Shown here: positions 37,702 to 47,421 of the stretch, piece by piece
Numbering within the stretch: position 1 is the stretch's first letter
Layout of the letters: each line of letters starts with the position of its first letter
Source of the DNA: a virus
Lineage: Duplodnaviria; Caudoviricetes
Strand: one strand, 5' to 3'
DNA length: 64,000 bases
IMG/VR virus record: IMGVR_UViG_2879636102_000002
Span: 1 to 64,000 of that record
Position numbers and translations under genes: made by a program
The notes under the pieces: generated by a model
The model's input: only the letters and a program-made list of their open reading frames with translations
Told to the model about the DNA's origin: nothing
The model's database searches: none

Positions 37702-38627
37702 ACAGTTGAGGAAGTTTCAAAAGCACAAAAAGTATTTATACCCAGCCGCAATTGAAAATCATTTAGTTTATATCCCTGCCAACCTAGCTCTAACATGGCA
37801 AGTGGATTTAAACCTGATCGATTCCTATCTTCTGCAATCGTATTTACATAATTTCCACCAAACCCAACCTTTCCATAAAAATCCAAAAGAGGATTTTGTT
37901 GAAATTGATAATGAGAGTAATAATAAACGATTCCATTGATCATATTGACTTTGTATTCAGAACTTACTCCCCAAATACCATCTAATTGCAAGCCTATCCT
38001 TCCAAAGCCTTTCCAATCTAGATAAGCTGGCTCAATGTTTAAATTCAATTGATTTAGAGTAATATCTAAATTTGAAGATCTGTAAATTCCATAACCTAAC
38101 CCGACAAAGGTGTTAAGTGATTCTAACGACGAGACTAGATATTTTTTGGGAGGTGGAAAATTCTTTTCTCTATTTAATTCCGATTTTTCAATTTTAGATT
38201 TTTCTACGTTAACGAAACCAATTTGAGTTTGCAAAATTATGTGATCTTGGTCTTCTTCAATCAGATAGCCAATTAATTGGCTTTTATCATACAATACAAT
38301 TCTCGATAAACTTATACTAAAATCACTACCAGACTTATCTTTTTCATTTTTAGTAAGCTCAGATTTCGGAATCCGATAATCCTTACCCTGAAATTGAAAT
38401 AGAATAGATCTCTCATCTTCAGATATTATTTTTCCTAAAAACTTTTGACCAGAAGCAAACTCAATTTCCGCACCATAAAGTATCGTAGCAAAGAAAAACG
38501 ATAGAAAAAGGCAAAGCCATCGAATTAAAGATCCAGTTTTATTTGAGAATCTAAGCTTGTAGGTTGAAAGAAATGATGAAAAAAAAATAGTAGTTTTCAA
38601 TTTTATAAAATAGTCTCGTAATTTCAA
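37659..38627 (-). CDS. Leptospira-type outer membrane protein (LA_3334-like)
   Basis: Signal peptide, two small N-terminal beta repeats (G.II.ED...I), C-terminal beta-barrel-like region ending in F. Confidence 0.5.
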   Translation of the reverse strand: MKLRDYFIKLKTTIFFSSFLSTYKLRFSNKTGSLIRWLCLFLSFFFATILYGAEIEFASGQKFLGKIISEDERSILFQFQGKDYRIPKSELTKNEKDKSGSDFSISLSRIVLYDKSQLIGYLIEEDQDHIILQTQIGFVNVEKSKIEKSELNREKNFPPPKKYLVSSLESLNTFVGLGYGIYRSSNLDITLNQLNLNIEPAYLDWKGFGRIGLQLDGIWGVSSEYKVNMINGIVYYYSHYQFQQNPLLDFYGKVGFGGNYVNTIAEDRNRSGLNPLAMLELGWQGYKLNDFQLRLGINTFCAFETSSTVCFSGPTIQGMLKF

Positions 38628-39646
38628 TTAATGATAATCTTTAAATGCATAATAGCCAGCTGTTCTTTTATTTTCTCTTTTAGGTAATAATCATTAAACT
38701 TACCATCTTTAAGTTTTTTTTCCAATTTAATTAATTGGTTCCAAAATGTGATTCCACAGGAATTATCGCCAGGTTTCAATTGATTGCAGTTGTAATTGTC
38801 TTCGCAAATTGAATCAAAATCAGATTCAACAGGACATTTACTAAAAAGATTTGGATCAGGATTGGTTCTACAAAAACAACCATGTGCGAAGTTCTTTTCT
38901 TTCGTATTTAATCTTTCTCTTAATTCCGCCAAATCTGAGATAATTTTATTATCTTTCTTCTCTATTTGAATCGCTATCTTTAACCTATGCTTGATTGCCT
39001 CATTCATAGCACATTCATATAAATCAAACGAACATTCCCTAAATACATTACGAAACTTCTTTTCAGAAGAGACAGTTGGCCTATTTTTTTCAATGGCATA
39101 AAGTTTTTCTTGTTCTTCTACTTCCAGGATATGATTTAATACCTCTTCGAAAATTAAATCTTCATGACTCGTACCAAAGAAATAATTTGGAATCAGAAAA
39201 ATATACCATGGTGATATATTCCGACTGAGAACAATTGTTCCTTTTGAAATAAATTTATTTTTAACAACTTTAATTTGATAACCGCTGGATTCTAAAAGTG
39301 GTACGAGAAAAAGACTGAAAATAAACGATCCATAATTCAAACTTTCATCATCAGTAGATCGCTCGATCGTAATATCAATTCTATCTACCATATTATTTTC
39401 GCATAGGGCAATGGCCTTATTGACCCCTTTCTTTACATCATCGCTTGCCCCGCCATTTACACTCGCGACATACTGCACATTGAATTTCCCACCCCAACAA
39501 AGACTTTTATTTAGTTGGCTTACTTTATACGAATGGTCAGAGCGAATCGTCATCAATTCGCAATTGAAAAAGAAGAAAAAGAATAAACTGATAACAAAAC
39601 TAATCTTCATAAATTTTTTCTCTATTTTCAAATCGTAAAATTGCAT
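38624..39646 (-). CDS. Lipoprotein with a degenerate phospholipase-A2-like C-terminal domain
   Basis: Lipobox 'FFFNC'; 'HGCFCR...CPV...FDSICEDNYNC...C'. Confidence 0.45.
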   Translation of the reverse strand: MQFYDLKIEKKFMKISFVISLFFFFFFNCELMTIRSDHSYKVSQLNKSLCWGGKFNVQYVASVNGGASDDVKKGVNKAIALCENNMVDRIDITIERSTDDESLNYGSFIFSLFLVPLLESSGYQIKVVKNKFISKGTIVLSRNISPWYIFLIPNYFFGTSHEDLIFEEVLNHILEVEEQEKLYAIEKNRPTVSSEKKFRNVFRECSFDLYECAMNEAIKHRLKIAIQIEKKDNKIISDLAELRERLNTKEKNFAHGCFCRTNPDPNLFSKCPVESDFDSICEDNYNCNQLKPGDNSCGITFWNQLIKLEKKLKDGKFNDYYLKEKIKEQLAIMHLKIIIN

Positions 39647-40160
39647 TTTTCATATGTTCATAGTAGATTGCTTTAGCGTTTTCGGAATTTGTTTGAAAAT
39701 TCCATCTGAATAAACTATATAAGGGACTTCCAACTTTAAAAACTTTTCGATGCACAACGAGCGACCTAAACTTATACAAGTTATCAAATTTAATGTCTAA
39801 TTCAGTATCAACAGTCATTGGTAGAATAAAAAATGATCCTGTAACAAATGGCAGCGATGTAAATACACGTGCCATTTGAGAATTTTGGTTTGATTTATCT
39901 TCAAGTGTTATGGTAACAATTATCGTTTTTTTGCTTTTTTTATTTGTACATTCATCTATTGCATCAAATAGTCCATCATAAGAAATACTAAACTTAGATT
40001 CTCTCCTAATTCTAAAATCAGAATTATCGGAGAAGACATAGTTGAAATCTCCGCATTTTTCCTGTTTTAATATTTTTTTCGTCTCCAGCCGGTTTGGCAG
40101 CATAACTATCCCTGCGCAGTTAATTATTATTATTGTTATTAGCAAAGGTAAATATTTCAT
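39600..40160 (-). CDS. Lipoprotein, candidate RHS immunity protein
   Basis: Lipobox 'IIINC'; starts 5 nt after the RHS stop. Confidence 0.5.
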   Translation of the reverse strand: MKYLPLLITIIIINCAGIVMLPNRLETKKILKQEKCGDFNYVFSDNSDFRIRRESKFSISYDGLFDAIDECTNKKSKKTIIVTITLEDKSNQNSQMARVFTSLPFVTGSFFILPMTVDTELDIKFDNLYKFRSLVVHRKVFKVGSPLYSLFRWNFQTNSENAKAIYYEHMKNAILRFENREKIYED

Positions 40161-40165
40161 AATGA

Positions 40166-43100
40166 CTAACGATCGGTAACCCCAAAATTTATATCCCTAT
40201 TATCCTCTCCATCATTTTGTGAAATCTCTTCCGATGCTCCATAATCACCGGAAAGTGCTATTGATGAAAAATTCATTGCGATACCAATACTTGATAATAC
40301 TATTATTGGAATAGATACATCAAATACAACTATCATAACCACTAGAGTCACTATCTGTATTATCAAAGAGAGAATTGCTTCAGAAGAAAAAGCTTGTTTC
40401 AACCCATTAAAAAATGCTTTACTATCAGCGTAAGGCCTATCTAGTTTATCGACTTTGTTACCAGTGCGATAGCCAGCAGCCACAAACCTTAACACATCAG
40501 GTTTATCTTTCCAAAGCATATATCCCATAAAAGCCATTTTCCAAGATTTTCCAATATGTATTCGCTCTTCTTTTTTACCTTGGATGTCATTGTACGACCC
40601 GCCAGCTTTCTTTCCCATAGTAAATCCCATAAATAGATTTCGAACTTTGTCGAGATCATTTTCTGCTGGCAGCAAGTAATAAGCAGCCAGCGCATATTGT
40701 AAAGCCTTTGAAATATGCGGCTTACCCAAATGAGATGCATTTTGACCGAAAGTTTTTTCTATATAAGATTGTCTTCCTCTCTCGTTCCCTCTATAGGTCC
40801 GAAAAGCTGCCGATGTTAGAAGTAACCGATCACTTTCATTCATACCTTCACTAAGCATATATACGACAACTGCCGAAAAGTAGGGGGATTGTCTTCCATA
40901 ACCAGTCGGATCATTGTATTTAATTGGGTTTCCATTTGTATACATATAACGGTTCAATCCGTTGACTTGTTTTGAGAATAGCTTTTTGTCTCCCGTTAAA
41001 AATCGGCCAATAAAAGGATCATAATATCTTGCCTTCATATAGTATAATCCAGATTCTTTGTCTTCCGTTTGACCAGCATATTTAATTTTACTAATATCAG
41101 GTCCGCCGCTATCAGTTCTGTGAATCAATCCATAAGGTTTGTAAGCAATCCTGGATCTCCCCGTCCAATCACCACCAGACAAAGGATTCCCTTTCGAATC
41201 CGATAAAAAACTAACGGAACCTAAATGGTCAGCATGTTGGAAAGAAATACCCGAAAATGAATTTGATGAAATAGGAGGCACTATTGTGCCTGTCCCTGGA
41301 AAGTAATCGTTTCCTTCATCATTAACAGAAGGGGCGGAGTCAGAGACATGCGTTGGGAACAATGTTAGAGGTTTCTCATCCCCATTGCCTCCGATGCCAA
41401 GAAACGAACAATTCTCAACGCCAATCATAAAAGAAAACAACAATATTACATTTGCATACCGCATAACAGGCATAATATAAATCGAAAAATAAGGTCTTTT
41501 TTGTTTATGAACGAAAATGAATAAAAATCCAAGAAAAGCGAATTGAAGAGAATACGATCCGAATTTGATATTTTCTCTAGTTAAGTGTTTTCTTAGCGGC
41601 TTAAATATCAAAGAATCAAATTTATTTTTTCGATATACTTCGCAGTCCATCTTAGTTTTAGAACAATCAAATACAGAGAAATTCAAACTTAGGATTTTGT
41701 CCCAAGGGGTTAGAGAACTAAAATTTTCATCCCTCAAAAATTGTACATCAGGAACTGCTATTTGAGCCAGAGGCTCCCCTTTTAATCCTTTAAGATATAA
41801 AGTTGCAGATTCTGGAATGCCCTCCTCCCTTGTAATTTCAAACGCATCCCCAAATAAAGTATAATTAATCTGTTTTCCATTGCCCACATCTTTTTTGATT
41901 CGATTACCAGAATGATCGTAGTAATAGCGAATGGAAGTGCCGCCCGCAGTATTGATACTTGTTAACAAATTGTTAGAATCATAAGAATGAACATCTCCAT
42001 TCCGATTAACCATATTTCCATTTGAATCATAGGAGTAATGAAAAGTTCCTATTTGAGGAGATCTGGCTTCAGTGACTAAATGAGGTTTATTTAAATTTTC
42101 ATATTTAAAAGTAACTTCTCCTCTTTTTAGTAAATTACCATCCGCTGAATATTCATATAGTTCCTCACCATATTTTCCAACTGACTTAACAAGGCGGTTC
42201 AGTGAATCGTACTCAAAATTTTGAGTCCTGTCTTCTCGGTTTTTATCCTGTATCTTGCTTATATTTCCAGCTGGATCATACTCATATTTCAAGTTTTGTT
42301 CCAGAAATCCATCCGCCAGTTTGGTTCGAAGCCCAGTTAACCTCTTAAATTTTTTATCAATTTCAATAGTTGATTCAACACCGTTCCCAGTAATTTTCTT
42401 TATAACAAAGCGATCCTCTTCTAAAAAAGGTCCTTCATATTTCACCAGTAGCTGGTCCACTGAATTACCATCAGCCGAATCTAAAGTCATTTTATTCAAA
42501 TGCCCTCCAGATCCGTAAGAATAATGAACGACTGTTCCTTCTGGATACCGAATAAGTGTTGGGTTATTATTAGTATCATACTCCGACTCGACAAACAAAT
42601 TCACATCATCCATCATTTTCTTTTGTCGGATTACATTACCTCGCAAGTCATAGTCCATCAATGTTGTAAGGTTTCCATCATTCACTTGGGTCAATCTTCC
42701 TACTGGATAGGACTGTGATGTTGCACCACCAACATCATAAACATATGAAATTGTTTTCCCACCGGTCATTTGAGATATGATTCTTGATAAACCGTCATAG
42801 TTAAAATCAGTTACCGTTCCATCCGACTTAATCGTTCTCGATAGGCGTCCGAGCATGTCATATTTCATCTCGATGTTACCGGAAGATTTGTCAGTTTGAC
42901 TAACTTTCCTTCCCCTGGAATCATACTCATAACTTATTTGATTGCCCGACGGATCAGTAATTTTTGCAATATTCCCCCGAGCACTATAGCTCATCGTATG
43001 AGTAGAACCATTCATCGTTCTTCGGATTTCTTGACCCAATATATTCTTTTCAATCTCTATCGTGTGAACTAGCTCGCCTGTAGCCGAAAATATACTCGAA

Positions 43101-46100
43101 GTAGTAACCAATTGGTTTGGAGAGTATGAAATAGAGATTCTTTCTCCTTTCGAATTTATAATCCCTATAACTCTATCATAGCCATCATAATTATACTCTT
43201 CCCAATCATCTTCCATCAAACCCGAAATAATAGGATTATATTTACGGTAAAGTCGTCCAAAAGAATCATATACCATTCGTTCGGTTAGATTGGCTGATTC
43301 ATTTAACTGAGTTATCCTACTTTGAAGTTTCCCTTCATGATTCATTATTTCCGTGATGACCGAATACCCACCTTCCGAGTTACGCGACTGCTTGACGACC
43401 TCTAGCTTCAGTTCCTCTTTCTTATATGTAAAACTTTGTTTAAGGTTAGGTGCAGAGTCACCGGGAAGTGTTTCGCTCTTTTCATTCAAAAAAGGATCGT
43501 ACGATCTCTTTAAGCTCGCTCCGTTTGGCGAAATTTCTTCAATTAATGAATCTGTAAGTAAGTCATATCTTTTCTCTGTTCTATGACCTAAACTATTCAT
43601 TTGCGATACAACATTGATTCCAGAATCTGAATCATATTCAGTTATCACTTCACCGATACCTGGAACATTTTTGACCGTATTTCTGCCGAGCATGTCATAA
43701 CTCATTGTCACTTTCGATTGGTCTGGACTTCCAGAAAATGACACAACTTCAGCAACCAAACTGTTATTGGTATAATTAAACTCTTCATCTGAAACTAATT
43801 CAGATTGCAAATAACTTTTTATTCTTTTAGGTCTTCCAATAAAATAGTTATCAAAAGAAGTATTATTATCAAAATTTGATTCTTCTTCTTTTACCAATAT
43901 GTTATTGGCGAATTTTTTTTGAGACAAAGCATTGCCATATATGTCATACCCTGCTTCGTATTCTTCTTTTTTATAAAGATAAGAGTCTATGTAGGATTCT
44001 GAAACCTGCGAATTTCTTAATACTAATTCAACACCAAAAGGATTTTTGATTTGATAATTATAAGTTAAGCTTTTTGCAAGGGTCCCATCCGAATAATAAC
44101 TCTTTATCGATTTTTCGAGACCGGCAAATTGGGGTCCTGCTTGGTTATATATTATTTCTTTTCTTAGATTATGTAATAGATTAGTTTCAATTACTTTTTC
44201 AAACCCATAATATGCCCGGGAAAATAAATCACCAAGGTGAATTCTAAAATTTTGATAATCATATCTATCTGTTATGACTTTATCTGCACTTTTCGATTCT
44301 ATCTCATAAACCTGTTGTTTTGATATTGGAACTGAAAGCTTTGGGTAGGAGCCATTATTAAACTGGATAGCATTTTGAAATTCTTCTGTCTTTTTATATC
44401 GAATTTCAGTTTCAAACCACATCCCATCTGATAGTTTTACAAGCTTATCATGTGAATTATTCAGAACTACCGGAGTAACACTTAAATTTCCTCCTTCTGG
44501 AGTATCGTAAAGAGCTAATAAGCTAAGGAGACTTAGAAGTAAGCCTGGTGACATTGTTGTTTTGGGAGCTTTAAATAAGGAAACAAAAGCATCAAACCCC
44601 CTTGCATGCATCGCAAAATAATTCTGACTTCTGCGCGTACCATCAACATAGTCCTGAATTGCAGGGTAATAACTTAAGTAAGGTACATTTAGTAAAAATG
44701 CGTTTTTATCAGCCTTTAGATGAATTAGTTCTACTCTTCCATCCTTGTTTAAGTCCATTGCCCCATAAAACGAATCAGCTTCTGCCAATGTACCTCCACT
44801 GACAAAGCCTTGTCCGTTCCCATAATTGACAGCTACTCTCGATCCATCAAAAGCTAGTAAGTCGACCTTCCCGTCTCCATTCACATCAGCAAATGTTTTA
44901 GTTTTAAGAATTTCATCTCCAAAAACTTCTCCCTGGTAAACCATTCCGGAAAGATAACCTTGATTAACTCCTTCCGCAAAACTTTTCCCTAAATTTAAAT
45001 AAGTATAAAATAATCCATTGGGTAGTAATACGCAGAAATCAGGTCTACCGTCACTATTGATATCTGCAAGCCATCTGTTGTATCCTTCCTCTTTAATATT
45101 CCCATTGCCCGTGTAGATTCCACCCATTCGATACTCAATGGAATTACCGGAGCTTAAGAATATTTTTCTTATAACTACCTCGCCGTTTAAAATATGTACA
45201 AACTCAGGCTTTCCATCAGAATCAAAATCAATAAACTGCCCCATTTTTTCATTTATAAAGATTGGGCCAATGTCTATATGATTTTCGCCAGAAAAAGAAG
45301 TACCTTGTGAGTAACTGATTGAAATCGTTGTATCATTAATCTTTTTTATATAATCTGAACGTCCGTCTCCGTCCATATCAACAAGACCCCCCTTCCAGGT
45401 TAAATCAGGAGGACTAAATAGAAAATCAACGGGCGGGGTAACTAAACTTAAATTTGATATCAGATATGGTTCAGTATAATAGCCATTCCGCGCGAAGGTA
45501 ACTAATACATTTTGACCATTCGAATATGCTAAGTCTACGTTTCCATCTCCATCAACATCCCCCCAAGACATTGTAGAAAAACTATTATAACCTATACCAT
45601 GCAAATTCGGAGATACCGTGGATTCATCCATACTTGTTGTTGGATTTTTAATTGTGACAATTCTGAACGAACCTTCATCTTCATTACCTACAAGTCGAAC
45701 TCCTTCCAAGCTTCCATCACCATCCGTATCACCGAAAGTTAGAAGATTATTTGGACTTCTGGTTCCTGTCATACAAGGAAGCCACCACGTATTCTGAAAT
45801 TGACTGCAAAGCAAACCATACCTTGCTTTTTCGGTCTGGCAGACCAATAGACTCGCTGGGTTTGGCATATTACATACCATAGTGTTGAATGCCAAACAGT
45901 TTAGTGTACCTAGGTTGCATTCAAATTTATCTTGCAATGGCACTCGTGAAACCGCAAAAAGATTTGGAATTCGTTTCTCAACTTTTGATCCATATACAGA
46001 TTGTGTTCTCTGGCTATAGGTTAATTGAATATCAAAGTATTTGCCATCTCCAAAGTTATTTGATTCTTCGCGAGAAATCGCAATTAATTGTGCTTCTCCT

Positions 46101-46885
46101 AATAGATTTGTAGAATAATCAAATTTATATAAACGGACAGTTACTCCAGCTACTTTTACTCTAATCTCGCTTATTAATTGGTTATCTTGCGATTGAATAA
46201 AATTCGTATATTTCTTTGCGTTATCGTCATTGTCTCGATATTCGAATGAGATTTCTCTGTTTTGGTATGCAATTTTTGTAACAAATATACCTGCACTGCT
46301 ATTCGGTTTCCCATATGTTACAGTATATCCAACACCAAAAGTGTCCTTTACGCTCGTTAGCCGCCATCTTTGGACCTGATCTTGGCTATACAATGAATTT
46401 TCAGTTTGATACTGATCGTTGCCCCCAAATGTATAAATCAACCCGTTTTTGTCTTTCGCTTGCCAAGTTTTCGAGTCAAGTTTCTTGAATATAAATAATG
46501 ATTCAGGTTTAGTTCGATAAATATTTAATGTATTCGAGGGGACTAGCTCTCCACCTAGTGTAGATGTAAAGCGCTCGATCCCATGATCATACGATCCGCG
46601 AACATCTCTTTCTATGTAATGATTAAGATTTAAATCCCATCCTTTTCCTAATAACCCAGTTGGTAATTCCGAATTATACGAAAGTTGCAAATTAGGTGCT
46701 ATTTCTTTTAGGGCAACAGGCAGCTCAATCGGGAAAGTAGTAATAGCATTCCCGAACTGATCAACCGAGATTGTTGGTAAATTTTGAGGAATTTTTTCGT
46801 TCCAAAAATCCATCAAGGTAAAACTTGAAAACGAAAAAAACGCAAAAGATAATAGTAGTATATTCTTTAATTTTGATAATTTCAA
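40166..46885 (-). CDS. RHS/YD-repeat protein with SpvB/TcdB-like N-terminus and FG-GAP repeats
   Basis: 'P.LQLSYNS....GLLGKGW', DxDGDG repeats, YD repeats, 'DHLGS', 'YYMKARYYDP.IGRF', 'NPIKYNDPTG'. Confidence 0.9.
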   Translation of the reverse strand: MKLSKLKNILLLSFAFFSFSSFTLMDFWNEKIPQNLPTISVDQFGNAITTFPIELPVALKEIAPNLQLSYNSELPTGLLGKGWDLNLNHYIERDVRGSYDHGIERFTSTLGGELVPSNTLNIYRTKPESLFIFKKLDSKTWQAKDKNGLIYTFGGNDQYQTENSLYSQDQVQRWRLTSVKDTFGVGYTVTYGKPNSSAGIFVTKIAYQNREISFEYRDNDDNAKKYTNFIQSQDNQLISEIRVKVAGVTVRLYKFDYSTNLLGEAQLIAISREESNNFGDGKYFDIQLTYSQRTQSVYGSKVEKRIPNLFAVSRVPLQDKFECNLGTLNCLAFNTMVCNMPNPASLLVCQTEKARYGLLCSQFQNTWWLPCMTGTRSPNNLLTFGDTDGDGSLEGVRLVGNEDEGSFRIVTIKNPTTSMDESTVSPNLHGIGYNSFSTMSWGDVDGDGNVDLAYSNGQNVLVTFARNGYYTEPYLISNLSLVTPPVDFLFSPPDLTWKGGLVDMDGDGRSDYIKKINDTTISISYSQGTSFSGENHIDIGPIFINEKMGQFIDFDSDGKPEFVHILNGEVVIRKIFLSSGNSIEYRMGGIYTGNGNIKEEGYNRWLADINSDGRPDFCVLLPNGLFYTYLNLGKSFAEGVNQGYLSGMVYQGEVFGDEILKTKTFADVNGDGKVDLLAFDGSRVAVNYGNGQGFVSGGTLAEADSFYGAMDLNKDGRVELIHLKADKNAFLLNVPYLSYYPAIQDYVDGTRRSQNYFAMHARGFDAFVSLFKAPKTTMSPGLLLSLLSLLALYDTPEGGNLSVTPVVLNNSHDKLVKLSDGMWFETEIRYKKTEEFQNAIQFNNGSYPKLSVPISKQQVYEIESKSADKVITDRYDYQNFRIHLGDLFSRAYYGFEKVIETNLLHNLRKEIIYNQAGPQFAGLEKSIKSYYSDGTLAKSLTYNYQIKNPFGVELVLRNSQVSESYIDSYLYKKEEYEAGYDIYGNALSQKKFANNILVKEEESNFDNNTSFDNYFIGRPKRIKSYLQSELVSDEEFNYTNNSLVAEVVSFSGSPDQSKVTMSYDMLGRNTVKNVPGIGEVITEYDSDSGINVVSQMNSLGHRTEKRYDLLTDSLIEEISPNGASLKRSYDPFLNEKSETLPGDSAPNLKQSFTYKKEELKLEVVKQSRNSEGGYSVITEIMNHEGKLQSRITQLNESANLTERMVYDSFGRLYRKYNPIISGLMEDDWEEYNYDGYDRVIGIINSKGERISISYSPNQLVTTSSIFSATGELVHTIEIEKNILGQEIRRTMNGSTHTMSYSARGNIAKITDPSGNQISYEYDSRGRKVSQTDKSSGNIEMKYDMLGRLSRTIKSDGTVTDFNYDGLSRIISQMTGGKTISYVYDVGGATSQSYPVGRLTQVNDGNLTTLMDYDLRGNVIRQKKMMDDVNLFVESEYDTNNNPTLIRYPEGTVVHYSYGSGGHLNKMTLDSADGNSVDQLLVKYEGPFLEEDRFVIKKITGNGVESTIEIDKKFKRLTGLRTKLADGFLEQNLKYEYDPAGNISKIQDKNREDRTQNFEYDSLNRLVKSVGKYGEELYEYSADGNLLKRGEVTFKYENLNKPHLVTEARSPQIGTFHYSYDSNGNMVNRNGDVHSYDSNNLLTSINTAGGTSIRYYYDHSGNRIKKDVGNGKQINYTLFGDAFEITREEGIPESATLYLKGLKGEPLAQIAVPDVQFLRDENFSSLTPWDKILSLNFSVFDCSKTKMDCEVYRKNKFDSLIFKPLRKHLTRENIKFGSYSLQFAFLGFLFIFVHKQKRPYFSIYIMPVMRYANVILLFSFMIGVENCSFLGIGGNGDEKPLTLFPTHVSDSAPSVNDEGNDYFPGTGTIVPPISSNSFSGISFQHADHLGSVSFLSDSKGNPLSGGDWTGRSRIAYKPYGLIHRTDSGGPDISKIKYAGQTEDKESGLYYMKARYYDPFIGRFLTGDKKLFSKQVNGLNRYMYTNGNPIKYNDPTGYGRQSPYFSAVVVYMLSEGMNESDRLLLTSAAFRTYRGNERGRQSYIEKTFGQNASHLGKPHISKALQYALAAYYLLPAENDLDKVRNLFMGFTMGKKAGGSYNDIQGKKEERIHIGKSWKMAFMGYMLWKDKPDVLRFVAAGYRTGNKVDKLDRPYADSKAFFNGLKQAFSSEAILSLIIQIVTLVVMIVVFDVSIPIIVLSSIGIAMNFSSIALSGDYGASEEISQNDGEDNRDINFGVTDR

Positions 46886-47131
46886 AGCGAACCCCAGAGC
46901 CTTTACCTACAATAACACGTGTTTCATAATAAATTAAAATTTAGAAACATAGGTCAATGTTTTTTCGTACAACTTATATATTCTAAAAAGTTTTATTTGT
47001 AATCGAAAAGGCTTAGGATTTGATGCCAGCAAAAAGCTATTATATTAATAACAGTTCAGATTAATTTTATTTCAGAAATTTCAAATTATTTTGAATTTCG
47101 CATTTTTTTTTCAGAATTAATAAAACAGAAA

Positions 47132-47175
47132 TATCACAGACCATTGCGGAAAACATTCCGCAATGGTCTGTGATA
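47132..47175. repeat. Perfect 20-bp inverted repeat
   Basis: TATCACAGACCATTGCGGAA-AACA-TTCCGCAATGGTCTGTGATA. Confidence 0.9.
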
Positions 47176-47421
47176 GAAAAAAGGCCTTTATTCCCAATTC
47201 GAAATTCTATAATCGAAAAAGTGGATGATTTTAAATTACTACTATGTCACCTAACGCCTGAAACCATTTACAGTCATTGAAAAAATTAGGGATAATTAAA
47301 TCTCTGTAAATGAAAATACGGCCTTTTTTAGGAACCATATAAAGAACCTCTTTAAGTACCTTACATAGAACACTAGCGTAAACGAAAAAGATTTCCTTTT
47401 TCAAATACACAAAAGAAAGAC

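Noticed and set aside
47240-47315. Second IS end or second dif half-site (CTATGTCACCT...CATTTACA) bracketing the RHS cassette
   Set aside because: Spacing does not match the 35070 end, there is no target-site duplication, and the XerC-like arm is poor.
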